Assembly (NCBI RefSeq): GCF_001194135.2
Contig: NC_068985.1
Coordinates: 29,462,864-29,526,863 of the forward strand
Direction: 5' to 3'
Length of the DNA: 64,000 nt
Origin: Octopus bimaculoides
Taxonomy: Eukaryota
In this document: one piece after another, positions 1 to 12,100 of the stretch
Numbering within the stretch: position 1 is the stretch's first letter
How the letters are laid out: each line of letters begins with the position of its first letter
Notes under the pieces: generated by a model
What the model was told of the DNA's origin: nothing
Databases searched by the model: none
Seen by the model: the letters and a program-made list of their open reading frames with translations, nothing else
Made by a program: the position numbers and the translations under genes

Positions 1-77
1 CCTAGGGGTCAGCCACACTTAAGTGGCAATATACTACACTTTATCGTGCAGTTACTGTTAATACTTCATTTAGAGAA

Positions 78-282
78 TTAACATATATATATATACATAC
101 ACATATACACATACACATATATACATATACATATACATATATATATACATATACATATATGTATGCACATATATGTATGCACATATATACATATACATAC
201 ATACATATACATACATATGTACATAAGTAGAAAGATACATACATACATCCATACAAACATACGTACACACACACACACACAT
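78..282. repeat. Compound (TA)/(CATA)/(CA) microsatellite
   Basis: Low-complexity atacatatac/acacac tract; it accounts for the YI/CV-rich ORFs here. Confidence 0.95.
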
Positions 283-680
283 GCAAAGTAGATATAAGCA
301 TCACAATTCCAGTTAGACTTTTAGAATATGATTATCTAACTTTACTACTCTTAGAAAATAATTTGGAATATAATTAAACTGAGATAACTGAAAGCACTTT
401 TTCCTGGTGTGTTAAGACTCTAACAAAAACTCTCATCAACAAAGCTTGAAAGTTGCTTATTGCAGGCAGACAATTAAAATCTTATCTTTGTTAAGCCTGA
501 ATATATGAAATCTGCCTTACACTTAGCAAGTCTAGCAGCAACTTCTATGACAATGATTCTTCTAACATTACAATCATAGTTTCCATTATACATTCAAATA
601 CATGTTCTATTTGCTAGTTAGCTCCTGAATGCAAAAAGAAATCATTATAAATTACCATATATATTTTAAACAAACACTTG

Positions 681-1086
681 TAGGTAAAGGTATGGTTGTG
701 TGCTTAAGGAGTTTGCTTTACAACCATGTGGCTCTGGGTTCAGTCCTGCAGTGTAGAACCTTGGGCAAGTGTCTCCTACTGTAGTCCTGTGATAACCAAT
801 GCCTTGTGACTGAATTTGGTAGAAGGAAACTATGTGGAAGTCCATCACACACACATAATATGTGTGTGTAGATCTTTGTGTTTGTCTCTGCCACTTACAC
901 TGCTTGACAACCGGTATTGGTTTGTTTATGACTTCATAACTTGGAGTTTCAGCAAAAGAGACCAACAGAATAAGTACCAGACTTAAAAAATAAATACTGG
1001 GGTTGGTTTGTTAAACTAAAACCCTTCAAGGTAGTGCTCCAGCATGGCCACAGTCTAATGACTGAAACAAGTAAGAGATAAAGAAA
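681..1086 (+). mobile_element. SINE family A (tRNA-like head + CORE-like segment + internal microsatellite + 3' body)
   Basis: A-box-like tggttgtgtg, B-box-like ggttcagtcc, cttgggcaagtgtct CORE-like motif and 3' gtgctccagcatggccacagtc...actgaaacaagtaag; homologous to about 12 other copies in the window. Confidence 0.85.
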
Positions 1087-2568
1087 CCTCACATCTAAGC
1101 ATGATAATTCATTTCTCAACAACAGAAAATGCATTTTTTCTTTCACCTACAAAATACAATAGGATCATCCCTTTTTTAGTGAACTTTGGTGAATAAAAGC
1201 ATCAAACAATATGTTTCCAATTCCCATTGCACAAGAACAGTTCTTAACTAATTAACATAACAAAATCTTCTCCAGTAGACCCAAATCCAATAATTTTATG
1301 CTCACCTAATATAAATGAACTTCTTTAAAAAACATCTTGAAATGCAACTGCAACTCACTTTGTTAATTCAAAAAGTGAAGAAATGTGTAGCAGTCTATTT
1401 TTGTTATCCTTCATTAAAGTGCTCTGGTTTAATTTTATAACTTAATCACGTAACTATCTTTGAAGTTAGTTTTATTTTTGTACTAGGATAATACAGCCCC
1501 AAAACTTAAAACAATGATTTTTGTGCAAGAAATATAAGCTGCAACATGAGATAGTAAAGTGGAGAGGTAGGCCCCAAAACAGCACGCATTCTCTCCTGAT
1601 GACCCCAGACACTTGCTGGCTTTCTGTATGTGGAGCTTTTGAGTGGTAGCACTTGCATGTGCAAGTTGCTTGCAAAGCATCTAAGAAGTGTAACAGGTTT
1701 CATTTCCTTTGAAAAATATTTCATTAAAAAAATGAAGGGAAAAGTTATCAGTGAAAATACAATTAACAACAAAAAAAATATAACTCCAAAGAACTCTACA
1801 AAATTGAATTCATATAAGTATTTAATGTAGATACAAATATCTAACATGTCTACATGTTGTGTGTAAACCTTCTTACAATCAAGCAAGACATTACTCATGA
1901 AGCCTCTTCAGTATGAAATGTGTTTGGGCAAGGATTGAGTATTGAGATAAAAACTCAATGAGAGTTATGATTTCTTATGCACAAGTTACACAGAAAAGTT
2001 ACAGAAGGAAGATAGGGAATTGTGATATTCCTGTCTTTTTTAATAGGGTTGGTCATTTTAGTAAAATCACTTTAAAGAGACACAGGAGCTTGGTTATATA
2101 CTCAGTTCACCAAGTATATGAAGCCACTAGCATCAACAAAATAATGGAAAAGGTGTAAGTCTAGTTTGCCCAGTCAAATTTAAAGCTGAGAAAAAAAGTT
2201 ACATTTTATTTTCTAAATGAAATGTCAGATTTTTACCTATTAACAATACAATAAGCTACATTAATGATTTACAATGAGTTCAGCTTTTAGGTAAATACTG
2301 ACAGGAAATATTAACCTAAAAGAAAATTAGCTGATTTAGCAGAAGTCATTGTAAATTGTTTTTATATTTTGATAGATATGTCTCGTTGCTTTATAAAAAT
2401 CAGATCAGGAGTATAGATTGACATACTCCCTGTGAAAATTTAACTTCTAGTAAATACAAAACATAAGGACAAACCCCACTGCATAACAAAATAAGGTAAA
2501 TTTGTTTGCTTAAGAAATAATATGAACATGTATACATGTATCTATATAGTGTGTATTTATGGACAAAG

Positions 2569-2619
<51 letters not shown>

Positions 2620-2844
2620 NNNNNNNNNNNNNNNNNNNNNNNNNNNNNNNNNNNNNNNNNNNNNNNNNNNNNNNNNNNNNNNNNNNNNNNNNNNNNNNNN
2701 NNNNNNNNNNNNNNNNNNNNNNNNNNNNNNNNNNNNNNNNNNNNNNNNNNNNNNNNNNNNNNNNNNNNNNNNNNNNNNNNNNNNNNNNNNNNNNNNNNNN
2801 NNNNNNNNNNNNNNNNNNNNNNNNNNNNNNNNNNNNNNNNNNNN
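2620..2844. other. Assembly gap flanked by (TA)n
   Basis: N run with (TA)n on both sides. Confidence 1.
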
Positions 2845-2875
<31 letters not shown>

Positions 2876-2876
<1 letters not shown>

Positions 2877-3759
2877 AGGGTGAGGTGAATAAACTGTTGT
2901 CTAAATTACACAAAAATGAAAATAACACTGACATCTCATTTTAACGGATGTATTTACCAAAATTACTTTAAAATATCTTGAAATATTAAAGAGTAAATTT
3001 ATTCAATAAAATTGCCATTGGTTTCAACCATGGCCTCCAGACAACTTTAGAATCTCTTGCAACTCTTCTGGATGGTCTCCTTGTTTAAGTTGGTAAATGT
3101 TGCCATAATCCTTGCCTTCAGTTCATCTTTGGTGTAACAAGGAGTTTTGTTGGTGTCTCACTCAACTGTGCCCCACACATAATAATCAGGAGGGTTGCAG
3201 TCTGGAGAGTTAGGTGGCCAGATGTTAGGAGTGATGTAGTCACAGAAATTGTCTAACAGCCACGACTGGGTTCTCCTACTTGTGTGGCATGGTGCAGAGT
3301 CCTGTTGCCAGACATAGGGTCTTCCAGCAGCCACCCTCTTGACCCAGGGCAGCACTACCTCCTCCAGGCACTTGATGTAGGCCTCCGTGTTGAGTCTGAG
3401 GCTTTGTGGGAAGATGACTGGAGGCATAACATCACCATCACTAGTGATCACTCCAAACACCATGATGTTGACTGGATGTCTGATTTTTATCACTCTCGGT
3501 ACATATCCTCAGGCTGCACTGTCTTCAGATTGACATCCAAACACTCTGAAATGTTTGTATTGGAGTTCCAGTACAAATGCCAAGCAGTACAGCATGTAAT
3601 TTCCAAATTTCTGGCAGAAGGAATTGCATCATGGTGCTGTTTTTCTCACAGACGGTGCCCAACTGACCCTACTATATTGTATAGTCGTCAAAATCAAAAA
3701 CAATGTGCATGCACAAAATTAAAAATATGAAATGGCGATAATTTACTCATCACACTCTG
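2876..3759 (-). mobile_element. Internally deleted maT (DD37D, Bmmar1-like) Tc1/mariner transposon
   Basis: ORF 3158-3493 has IMVFGVI, WQQDSAPCH and WPPNSPDCNPPDYYVWG, with 37 residues between the 2nd and 3rd catalytic D. Degenerate TIRs TA|CAGGGTGAGGTGAATAAA and TA|CAGAGTGTGATGAGTAAA. N-terminal remnant at ~3500-3640; in-frame stops elsewhere. Confidence 0.9.
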
Positions 3760-4079
3760 TATATATGCATATATACACACACACACAAACACACATAAGA
3801 AAGAGAATAAAGAAAAAATGAAAATACTAGACATTTAGACATCAAAATTCTCAATGCAGCCAACACCTTTAAAACCATCTGCTTAATAACGTGTGTATAG
3901 CACTGACAAAAGGAAAACAATAAACATTAGAGTTTTAACCAAGAGTGACCGAGAAACAGTTATACAGAGCTTTTAGCATGCTTATGGAGACCTTGAGACT
4001 ATGTATGCTAGCGTTATTAAAGGTGAAATAAATAATAGCAGGTTTGTATTTGTGTGCAGAACATCACCTGTCTGCTAGT

Positions 4080-4104
4080 ACACACATACACACACACACA
4101 CACA

Positions 4105-4170
<66 letters not shown>

Positions 4171-4180
4171 AACACACACA
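4080..4180. repeat. (CA)n/(CT)n compound microsatellite
   Basis: Direct inspection. Confidence 0.95.
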
Positions 4181-4249
4181 ATTTTCATTTGAATAGAGAA
4201 GTAAAGAAAAAGTTTTTCTGAAAAAGATTAAACTTTTTGGTTTGTACAA

Positions 4250-5060
4250 CTTTTAAATAACAAGTTTTGGCAGGAAAGAAGACAGAACTCTACTGCCATG
4301 TGGGAAAGGGTAAGGTTTGAAATGAAGAAAAGAAGAGGGAATTTCACATGATGTACACAACGTAAACTATAGATGCACAAGAAGTGTAGTGGAATCCCAA
4401 GCAAGCTGACCAGAAAGCAAGATTGCATATGTAGCAAGTGCACAATTGTAGTTAGCAGTAAGGGTATCTGTAAAATAAATTCATTTAAAGTACTAACCCT
4501 AACTTCTGTTACCAAAATGAAATAATTAGATATGGAGATGGCCATTCTAAAAGCATTATAACCAGAGTAAAAGCTGGATGAAAAATGTTCAGGGAGTTAT
4601 TTAATGGCAACAAAGGATGAATAGTAGATTGTATGATACTTGAGTATGAAGTGCAATGCTGCATGGCAGCTAAACATGACCACTGACTGTGGAAGCTGCA
4701 TGGAGGCTGCAAAAAATAAAACAGGTAAATACACTCTGCTGGGCATGTAATGTTAGTATATATGACTAATGGAGCACAAATAAGCTGAGAGAAAAACTGG
4801 GCATAAGAGGAATCAGTTATAGTGTGTAAGAGAGGAGACTGTGAAGGTATGGGAGTGTGATGCATGTGGAAGATAACAGCTAGGTAAAGAAATGCCAAGC
4901 AACAAGTGGTAGGAATCTATGGAAGAAGCAGACATGAGAGGAAGTGGTTAGAGCTGACTTCAAAAGATTAAATCTTAAGACGGTAGATGAAGGACTATAA
5001 CAAGTGGCAAGGGCCTTCTCTGGAAAAAACAAGTCCAACACATGTAAGGAAGGAACATTT
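4250..5060 (-). mobile_element. Highly decayed LINE RT remnant (CR1/L2 group-like)
   Basis: GC-richer tract whose minus-strand translation resembles LINE RT C-terminal motifs; many frameshifts; a related fragment lies at 5705-5760 on the + strand. Confidence 0.45.
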
Positions 5061-5459
5061 AGCATAAAGTAAGTAAATAAGTAGATAGAGAAATGATGAA
5101 TAAATATTTATGCACAGAACCATAGCAACTGGAGTCATTGTGCATTCATACATTGCTTGTTTACATCCTCATCATTTAACGCCTACATTCCATGTTGATA
5201 CGGACAGGGTGGTTTGACACGATCGATAAAGCTGGAAGACTGTATCAAGCTTCAATATCTGTTTTGGCAGATGCCTTTCCTAATGATAAACTATTCAATC
5301 AATTGTTAAATAATAATAGATGTTATAAATCAGTACATAGGTACTCTGGTGTATGGGTCTTGTTCACAGTTTCTTCTTTTCATTTGTCTTACGAATTACA
5401 TGGAAACTTCACTCATTCTGTTATCATGAAAAAAAAAAAAAACACTTAATACATTCTGT

Positions 5460-5605
5460 AAAATGGTTGGCAATAGCAAGGGCTTCTGCCAAAGCAGACA
5501 TTGGAGCTCAACACAATCCACCAGCTTGTTGGACCCTGTCAAGCCATCCAACCCATACCAGCATGAAAAGGAGATGCAAAATGATGAGGTGATGATGATG
5601 ATATA
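5460..5605 (+). mobile_element. SINE family C 3' end with (GAT)n tail
   Basis: ttggcaatagcaaggg...ccatccaacccataccagcatg...atgatgaggtgatgatg, matching the other family C tails. Confidence 0.7.
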
Positions 5606-5787
5606 AACAAACAATGTATGAATGTCAAATAGCTCTAGTTTCTATGGTTTTGTGCATAGATTTCTCTATCTGTCTATTTATCTATCTCTCTCTATTTTAT
5701 GTCCCATTTTCCCTCCTTACATAGGTTGGACTTGTTTTCTCTAGAGGAAACCCATGCCACTTTTTCAATCTTTATATACATATATAT

Positions 5788-6010
5788 CTTTTATCTTTTA
5801 CTTGTTTTGGTCATTAGACTGTGGCCATGCTGGAGCACCACCTTGAAGGATTTTCGTCAAACAAATCAACCCCAGTACTTTTTGTCTTTAAAGCCTGGTA
5901 CTTATTCTGTTAGTTTTTTTGTCAAACTGCTAAGTTACGGGGGACATAAACACACAAGCACTGGGTGCCAAGTGGTGATGGCAGATAAACACAGACACAA
6001 AGATACACAC

Positions 6011-6091
<81 letters not shown>

Positions 6092-6249
6092 TACAATGGG
6101 GTTCTTTCAGTTTCCATCTACCAAATCAACTCAGAAGGCTTTGGCCAGCCTGAGGCTATAGTAGGAGACACATGCCCAAGGTGCCAACCAGTAGGACTGA
6201 AACTAGAACCATGTAGTTAGGAGGCAAACTTCTTACCACACAGCCATGG

Positions 6250-6250
<1 letters not shown>
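5788..6250 (-). mobile_element. SINE family A, full length, with long internal (TA)n
   Basis: Reverse complement of the family A head, body and tail; (TA)n at ~6013-6082. Confidence 0.9.
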
Positions 6251-6322
<72 letters not shown>

Positions 6323-6495
6323 NNNNNNNNNNNNNNNNNNNNNNNNNNNNNNNNNNNNNNNNNNNNNNNNNNNNNNNNNNNNNNNNNNNNNNNNNNNNNN
6401 NNNNNNNNNNNNNNNNNNNNNNNNNNNNNNNNNNNNNNNNNNNNNNNNNNNNNNNNNNNNNNNNNNNNNNNNNNNNNNNNNNNNNNNNNNNNNNN
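6251..6495. other. (TG)n microsatellite running into an assembly gap (N 6323-6495)
   Basis: Direct inspection. Confidence 1.
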
Positions 6496-6607
6496 TATTT
6501 GATAATAATGTACTATTACTTTTCATTACTTATTGCAATAACCATTATAAAACACAATCACAAAAAAAAAAAAATTGGAAAATATTTGGGCATACAAAAG
6601 TTTATGT

Positions 6608-6661
<54 letters not shown>

Positions 6662-8525
6662 AACATAGAGACATTTACAATGTAAGGGTTGCAGTTATAC
6701 AGATATAACAAAAGATGAAAAAAAAGTTTCATCACTTATTAGAAAAGGAAAAGTCTTCATTAGTGATGCATCTCAGAGCAAATTCAGCTGTAAAAAATAG
6801 CTTATAATACACTGAATTACAGAAGATGCATGGCAAGGGTGAATAACAACAGGAAGAGTAGCCAGCTGTAAAAACAATGCATCAATAATATATTCATCTA
6901 ACCCATGGAAAAACAGAAATAACAACAAATGAATGAGTTACAGACTTCTTGAATTGCAAAAGAAGCAGAAAGCTGCCTGCAGGACTCAAATCCTACAACT
7001 TCTGAAACCTAGCATACTATAAGTTATTATTTATAGCTGAGTTTGCTTTGAGATATATTGTTAATAAAGACATGGTTACATATTTCTCAATGCTAATGTA
7101 AAAGGCTGTACATAAAATTTGAAAATAAACTGATGCAGAAATAAAACCATCATAGCTATTTCTGTAATAACATTTTATTTCAAGAACTATATTCTAATTT
7201 AAATGATTTTTTTTTTTTTATTATAAATGTTTTACTGGTTACCAGCAATGAACTGAGCATATGTGTGGGTTAAGTATTGTGTCAAGAAGGCATATGACTA
7301 ACGAATACTGCCTCAAAAAATTTCGTCCAGCTCATACCAGCATGGAATATGCAGACATAAAAATGATAATGATGACATACACACATACATACAAATACAC
7401 AAATATATAAATACATATGTAGGTTACAAGAAATGTGAGGAAAAATACTGATAAAGTATTATCATTTATTTTAGCTAAATCTGTTGATAGCCTCTCTAGA
7501 GTTTCCCAGGATTACCAGTATATCAAACAGCTGTTCAATAAACAAATCACATGAGGAAACACCTAAGTAACAAACAGCTGACTGATTCAGTTGAAATAAC
7601 TTGTATAATATTCAGATTCATGTGTTTATTGATATGAATAAACCATCAAGTCAATTAATAGGGAAAATTAACTTATAATCTTGATATTAAGTTATAGTTT
7701 GATTATTTAAATATTTTAATAAATTTTAATTTCCCCTACATTTATCGCATATGTATTAGAATTATCTAACAGTCAATATATTTTCCAAATGTATGTAAAA
7801 ACAAAACAAAAATGAAAAACATGCAAATTTCAAAAGAAATACATCTTTATCAAAATAAAACTTTAACTTGTAAGAAAGTTTTAAATTTATGAATGCTAGA
7901 TATAAGTATATTTTTCAAATGTTGAATAGATTTATCGATTTACAAGAAAAACACAAAATTAAAGAGAAACAGAATACAAAACTTTAATTTTAATATTATT
8001 CATACATGTCATTCAACTACTAATGTTTCTTTTCAAATGAAAATTTCGAATGGACAAGAACTAAATTTTTTAAATATAGCATATATTTTTGATTGCTATT
8101 AATGATAGCGCATCAAACGCTCAACTTTTTAATGCTATTTTTATCAAATTCAAGTATTTTATGGACATATAGATGTACAAATGCAGATTTTGTTCTTGTC
8201 AAAGAAGTATATTGTTTTACATTAAAATATTTTTAGGATGCTAAAATGGAGAAAAATCAGAGCATGAATGATTTTTTGGGGTTTTTTTTTTTTCAGCAAA
8301 CTTCTTGATTTTGGCAGAAAATATCCAAGTGGCATTGTGATTTCCATTGCCATGGGGAAACATAACTTCCTAGTTGAACCATGAGAGTGTAGCATTTCAT
8401 TGTTTTTTTTTTTTTTTTATTAATGGTAACTATTTTCTCATATAATGTAGCATATATTTTCCAACCTTTTCTTACCAACTTTAAGTAAAATCTTCTTAGG
8501 GTTGAGGTTTAATTTTAGCTGGGAT

Positions 8526-8736
8526 ATGCTGTGTAGGGACCAGCATGTCAGAGAATAGACCCAATGTTTCCTCTGCACCCTGACCTCATAAAACCCTCAC
8601 CAACAACGACTACCCAAACAGACCCATGGGTTGGAGGGTTGTCACCTGAATGGTGCAGAGAAATCATCTGCCAGTAGTAGTAGTAGGGAATCACCAACAA
8701 ATGGTGAATGCAGCGACATGCTGTGTTACAGAGCAT
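8526..8736. other. GC-richer ~210-nt segment with nested complementary helices (unclassified structured element)
   Basis: Ordered nested pairings: 8526-8535/8727-8736 (9/10), 8541-8549/8715-8723 (9/9), 8568-8579/8652-8663 (11/12), 8592-8604/8630-8640 (bulged), side hairpin 8691-8707. Confidence 0.55.
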
Positions 8737-8769
8737 GCCCCCATACTACTACAACTACATATATAACTA

Positions 8770-8992
8770 CAATATCCTTTCTACTATAGCCACAAGGCCT
8801 GAAAATTTTTAGGAGAAAGAATTAATTGATTACATCAACTCCTATACTTAACTGGTACTTATTTTATCAACTCTGAAAGGATGAAAGGTAAAGTCAACCT
8901 CAGTGGAATCTGAACTCACAATGCAGAGACAGATGAAATGCTACTAAACATTTTGTCTGGCGTGCTAACAATTCTGCCAGACAATTCTGCCG
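8770..8992 (-). mobile_element. SINE family B (tRNA-like head + Nin/Deu-like domain)
   Basis: Reverse complement of ggcagaattgttagcacgccagacaaaatg...gagttcagattccactgaggttgactttacctttcatcctttcagagttgataaaataagtaccagtt...ggccttgtggctatagtagaaaggat. Confidence 0.85.
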
Positions 8993-9165
8993 CTTTATAT
9001 ATATCTACAATATACTTCCTTTTATCAATACTCAGTTTCCATTAACAATCCATGAAATACCACTGAATAATCACATAATTTATGTAATTATTGATTGTAA
9101 TATGTTTCTTATATTGCCAAATCATATCTCATGTGGCACCCACTTTTTCTGATTTAAATACTTAC

Positions 9166-9174
9166 TTTGCTGAA
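9166..9174 (-). CDS. Candidate 9-nt microexon TTCAGCAAA (alternative 13-nt form 9166-9178)
   Basis: Minus strand reads ttattcatctacattcgtcag-acag|TTCAGCAAA|gtaagt. Splice signals only. Confidence 0.2.
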
Positions 9175-12100
9175 CTGTCTGACGAATGTAGATGAATAAC
9201 AATATGAGATGAATTGAGTTTCTATGCCACTTCTTTATAATTTATAGAATAATCTTCAACTGTTTCAAAGTAAGTGGTCAATATCAAACAAAATAGGGCA
9301 TTGAAATTGCATTGTATTGCCAAACACCAATCATCAATGAGAAACTCTATGAACTGTTATTAACTAATTGCATATCTATATTTTATAGATGAGTTATTTT
9401 TCAAACAAATGCGAGCTTTCTACTCTATTAACCATAGTCTCTTACAAGGCTATATTGATTGAAACATAGCATAGGTAGAAATACAAGCGATTAATAGTTT
9501 GGAATACCTAAGCAGTCAAAACAATGCCGTTATTGAGAGTTTTTCATATTCACAATCTTAATGTTATAACAAAACTATAATAGCATTCATTTTGCACATT
9601 TTAACTTGTGAAGAACTGAACTGATATTTTAATATTACCACACTGATGGAAGTATTTGTTAAAAAAAAAGAAAAAAGCTAGTATTTGGATTGATTTTGCT
9701 ATCATTTATTACAATCAATATAACAAAGTTTTTTAGATCCTTTAGATATACTTCCAGAAAACTTAATTTTCAAAAAGAATGGAAGCTATTAAGTTTTCTC
9801 TATCATAGAAAGATACATTATTAATGGGATGATCTTGTAAATAAATGGAAAATTGGTAATTAAGAAGAAAATAATCATCAACATTTTTAATTAAAAATTT
9901 GTTCTTTATTTAACCAGAAGGAAGATTGTTAACATATTTTAAATACATGTTAAAAATAACTTCAATTTACAATACAGACAACTGTAAAAACAACTAGTAA
10001 AAACAAATTTGCAAGTAAAGTTTTTTGTATTATTTTTTCCTAAGATAATACTGTAAATAACCGTTAAATTCTAATTAGTGTTGTTTCTACATATAATGAA
10101 TATTTCAATGAGCTAATCTAATAATTAAGATGTGTTTCAGTAATAGTTGCTTGCTATAAAATATGGTCAGCTAGCTTATTTAATCAATAAAAAATAAGAC
10201 TAATGATGGTTGTGAAATAATTCAAAATAAATTCCAGTACCAGTATGACGGAACAATAACAAAACATGTAAAATACATTAATTATGAAGTCTAAAACATA
10301 ATTAACACAATATAATTATTCGAATAATAATGTATTTAAAACATAAACAACTTCTCCAAAACCTTTTTGCTGAGTTATTCACACAAATATGTGAAATTTC
10401 ATATGTGTAATATTAAGTAAAAGACATTTAAGATATCAAACAAATTATAAAAGAACAAACATTAGCAGAAATTTTTAAAAGGGTGCAAGAGAGCTTTTGA
10501 AAAGTTCTGCAAATTGATATAGAAAGAGAAACAGATTTAGTAGATTTTAGAAGGTTGTTTTAATTCAGTCATAAAAGAAGCAAAGATGCACAGAGGATAT
10601 AATAACATTTTCCTTCTGCATGTTATTTGTAGTATTTAACATTTAATAAATGAATATAATTTTGTGTTTTATTGGTGTGTTTAAAACCACATTTCCTTGA
10701 ATATTCAACTTTTAATTATGAACATCCAAAAAATATTTAAGTGAACAGCACACTGAAGTTAGAAAAATCAAAAGAGGAAATATAAACAGGTATGATATGG
10801 CAATGTTTTTCAAATCATCAGAATTAAATATGGTTAGTAAGTAAAAAAAAAAATTTAATGAATTAAAATTACATCCATAATGATGAAACCAATCATTTTC
10901 TAAATGACAAATGGCTTATATGAAAAAAATAACATAGGAGAAAGAGACAACTTCAAAATTTTAATTAATCAAAACTAAATAAATATGAAGGGTAGAGAGG
11001 AGATAATCAATCTTTAGATCTATGACAGCTCTAGACATGTATTGGTTTCAGTCGACCTCTTTAGTGAAGCATAGTCTAACCACTACTGTAGATTTAGAAT
11101 GAGTAGAGAACCAAGTAGGATGATTGTGAATGAATACTGAGTGGTGCTATATCATAAAAGAAAGACTAGGATTGCATAATTAATAAAAGTAAACCCAAAG
11201 ATAGTGGCTGAATATGAGAATCAGATACATTCACTTGTACAGATGAACAAAAATTGTCATAATTAATTTCTAAACCAGATAGGCCACTTCCTTATTAAAA
11301 AAAAAATCTGTTAGTACTCGAGATGATAATAGCAGAATGCATAAGCCATATATTTATACTCAACACTGTAAATTTATTTATTTATTTATAGGTAGCAACT
11401 CCGGAATAAAAGAGGAGTCAATAATTTCCAGACCACCAATTACTAAAATATTTCAGCTCAACAAAAGCAGATTTAATTTTACCAACACAACAAATATTAA
11501 GGATTTTTAAAGATATAAAAGTTGAATTTTTTATTGAAGTACTTTACATTCAAATACTTGTAATTATAGTCTGTCTTAAGCATTTTTTAGTAGATGGTAA
11601 TTTTTTAAAAGTCACTGAATGCCATTCTGGGTAAAAATGCTAAAGTGAATCATTTGTATTTTGAAAATGCCTATAATTTTAAGACCTTATGATTCACCTA
11701 TTTACTATTAAAGTGTTAAATAGGCAGGTAAAAAAAAAAAAAGATTGCCAAATTAATCAGATATTTGCAAAGATTTCAGTTTATACATTTTGGGAATTGC
11801 TGCAGAAAATGCTCAACAAAATATCATCTAAATTACCACATCCAAATCATTTTTTATGTATTTATGTAAATCAAATATTTGATGCAAGAACTTGTTAATA
11901 CAAAATTTTAAATTAGTCTTTTTATTTTTTTGTTGTGATAATTCTCAGTGAGAAGCAAAATGCTGAAGTTTTTTAAAACCATATTAACATTTGTTGCTGG
12001 CTTGGAAAACTTGTTCAAAGGAAGTAATTATTTAGTTCTTGAGTTTATAAACTACTGTTAATAAATCAGATGAATTTTATGACATATTATTTTCCCTGCA

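Noticed and set aside
41-304. ORFs rich in YI/CV/HT repeats here and at 2400-2944, 5935-6708, 20353-20691, 27699-28032 and 33735-33950
   Set aside because: They are translations of (TA)n/(TG)n microsatellites or run through N gaps.
1472-1898. Overlapping minus-strand ORFs in a slightly GC-richer patch
   Set aside because: No recognisable domain or convincing splice pair; probably a decayed repeat.
6732-6787. Minus-strand acceptor followed by EFALRCITNEDFSFSNK*; a similar case at 1094-1146
   Set aside because: No donor and no recognisable homology; such acceptors are common in AT-rich DNA.
7500-7660. Cluster of E-box motifs (CAGCTG x2, CACATG)
   Set aside because: Short motifs expected by chance; no other evidence without conservation data.
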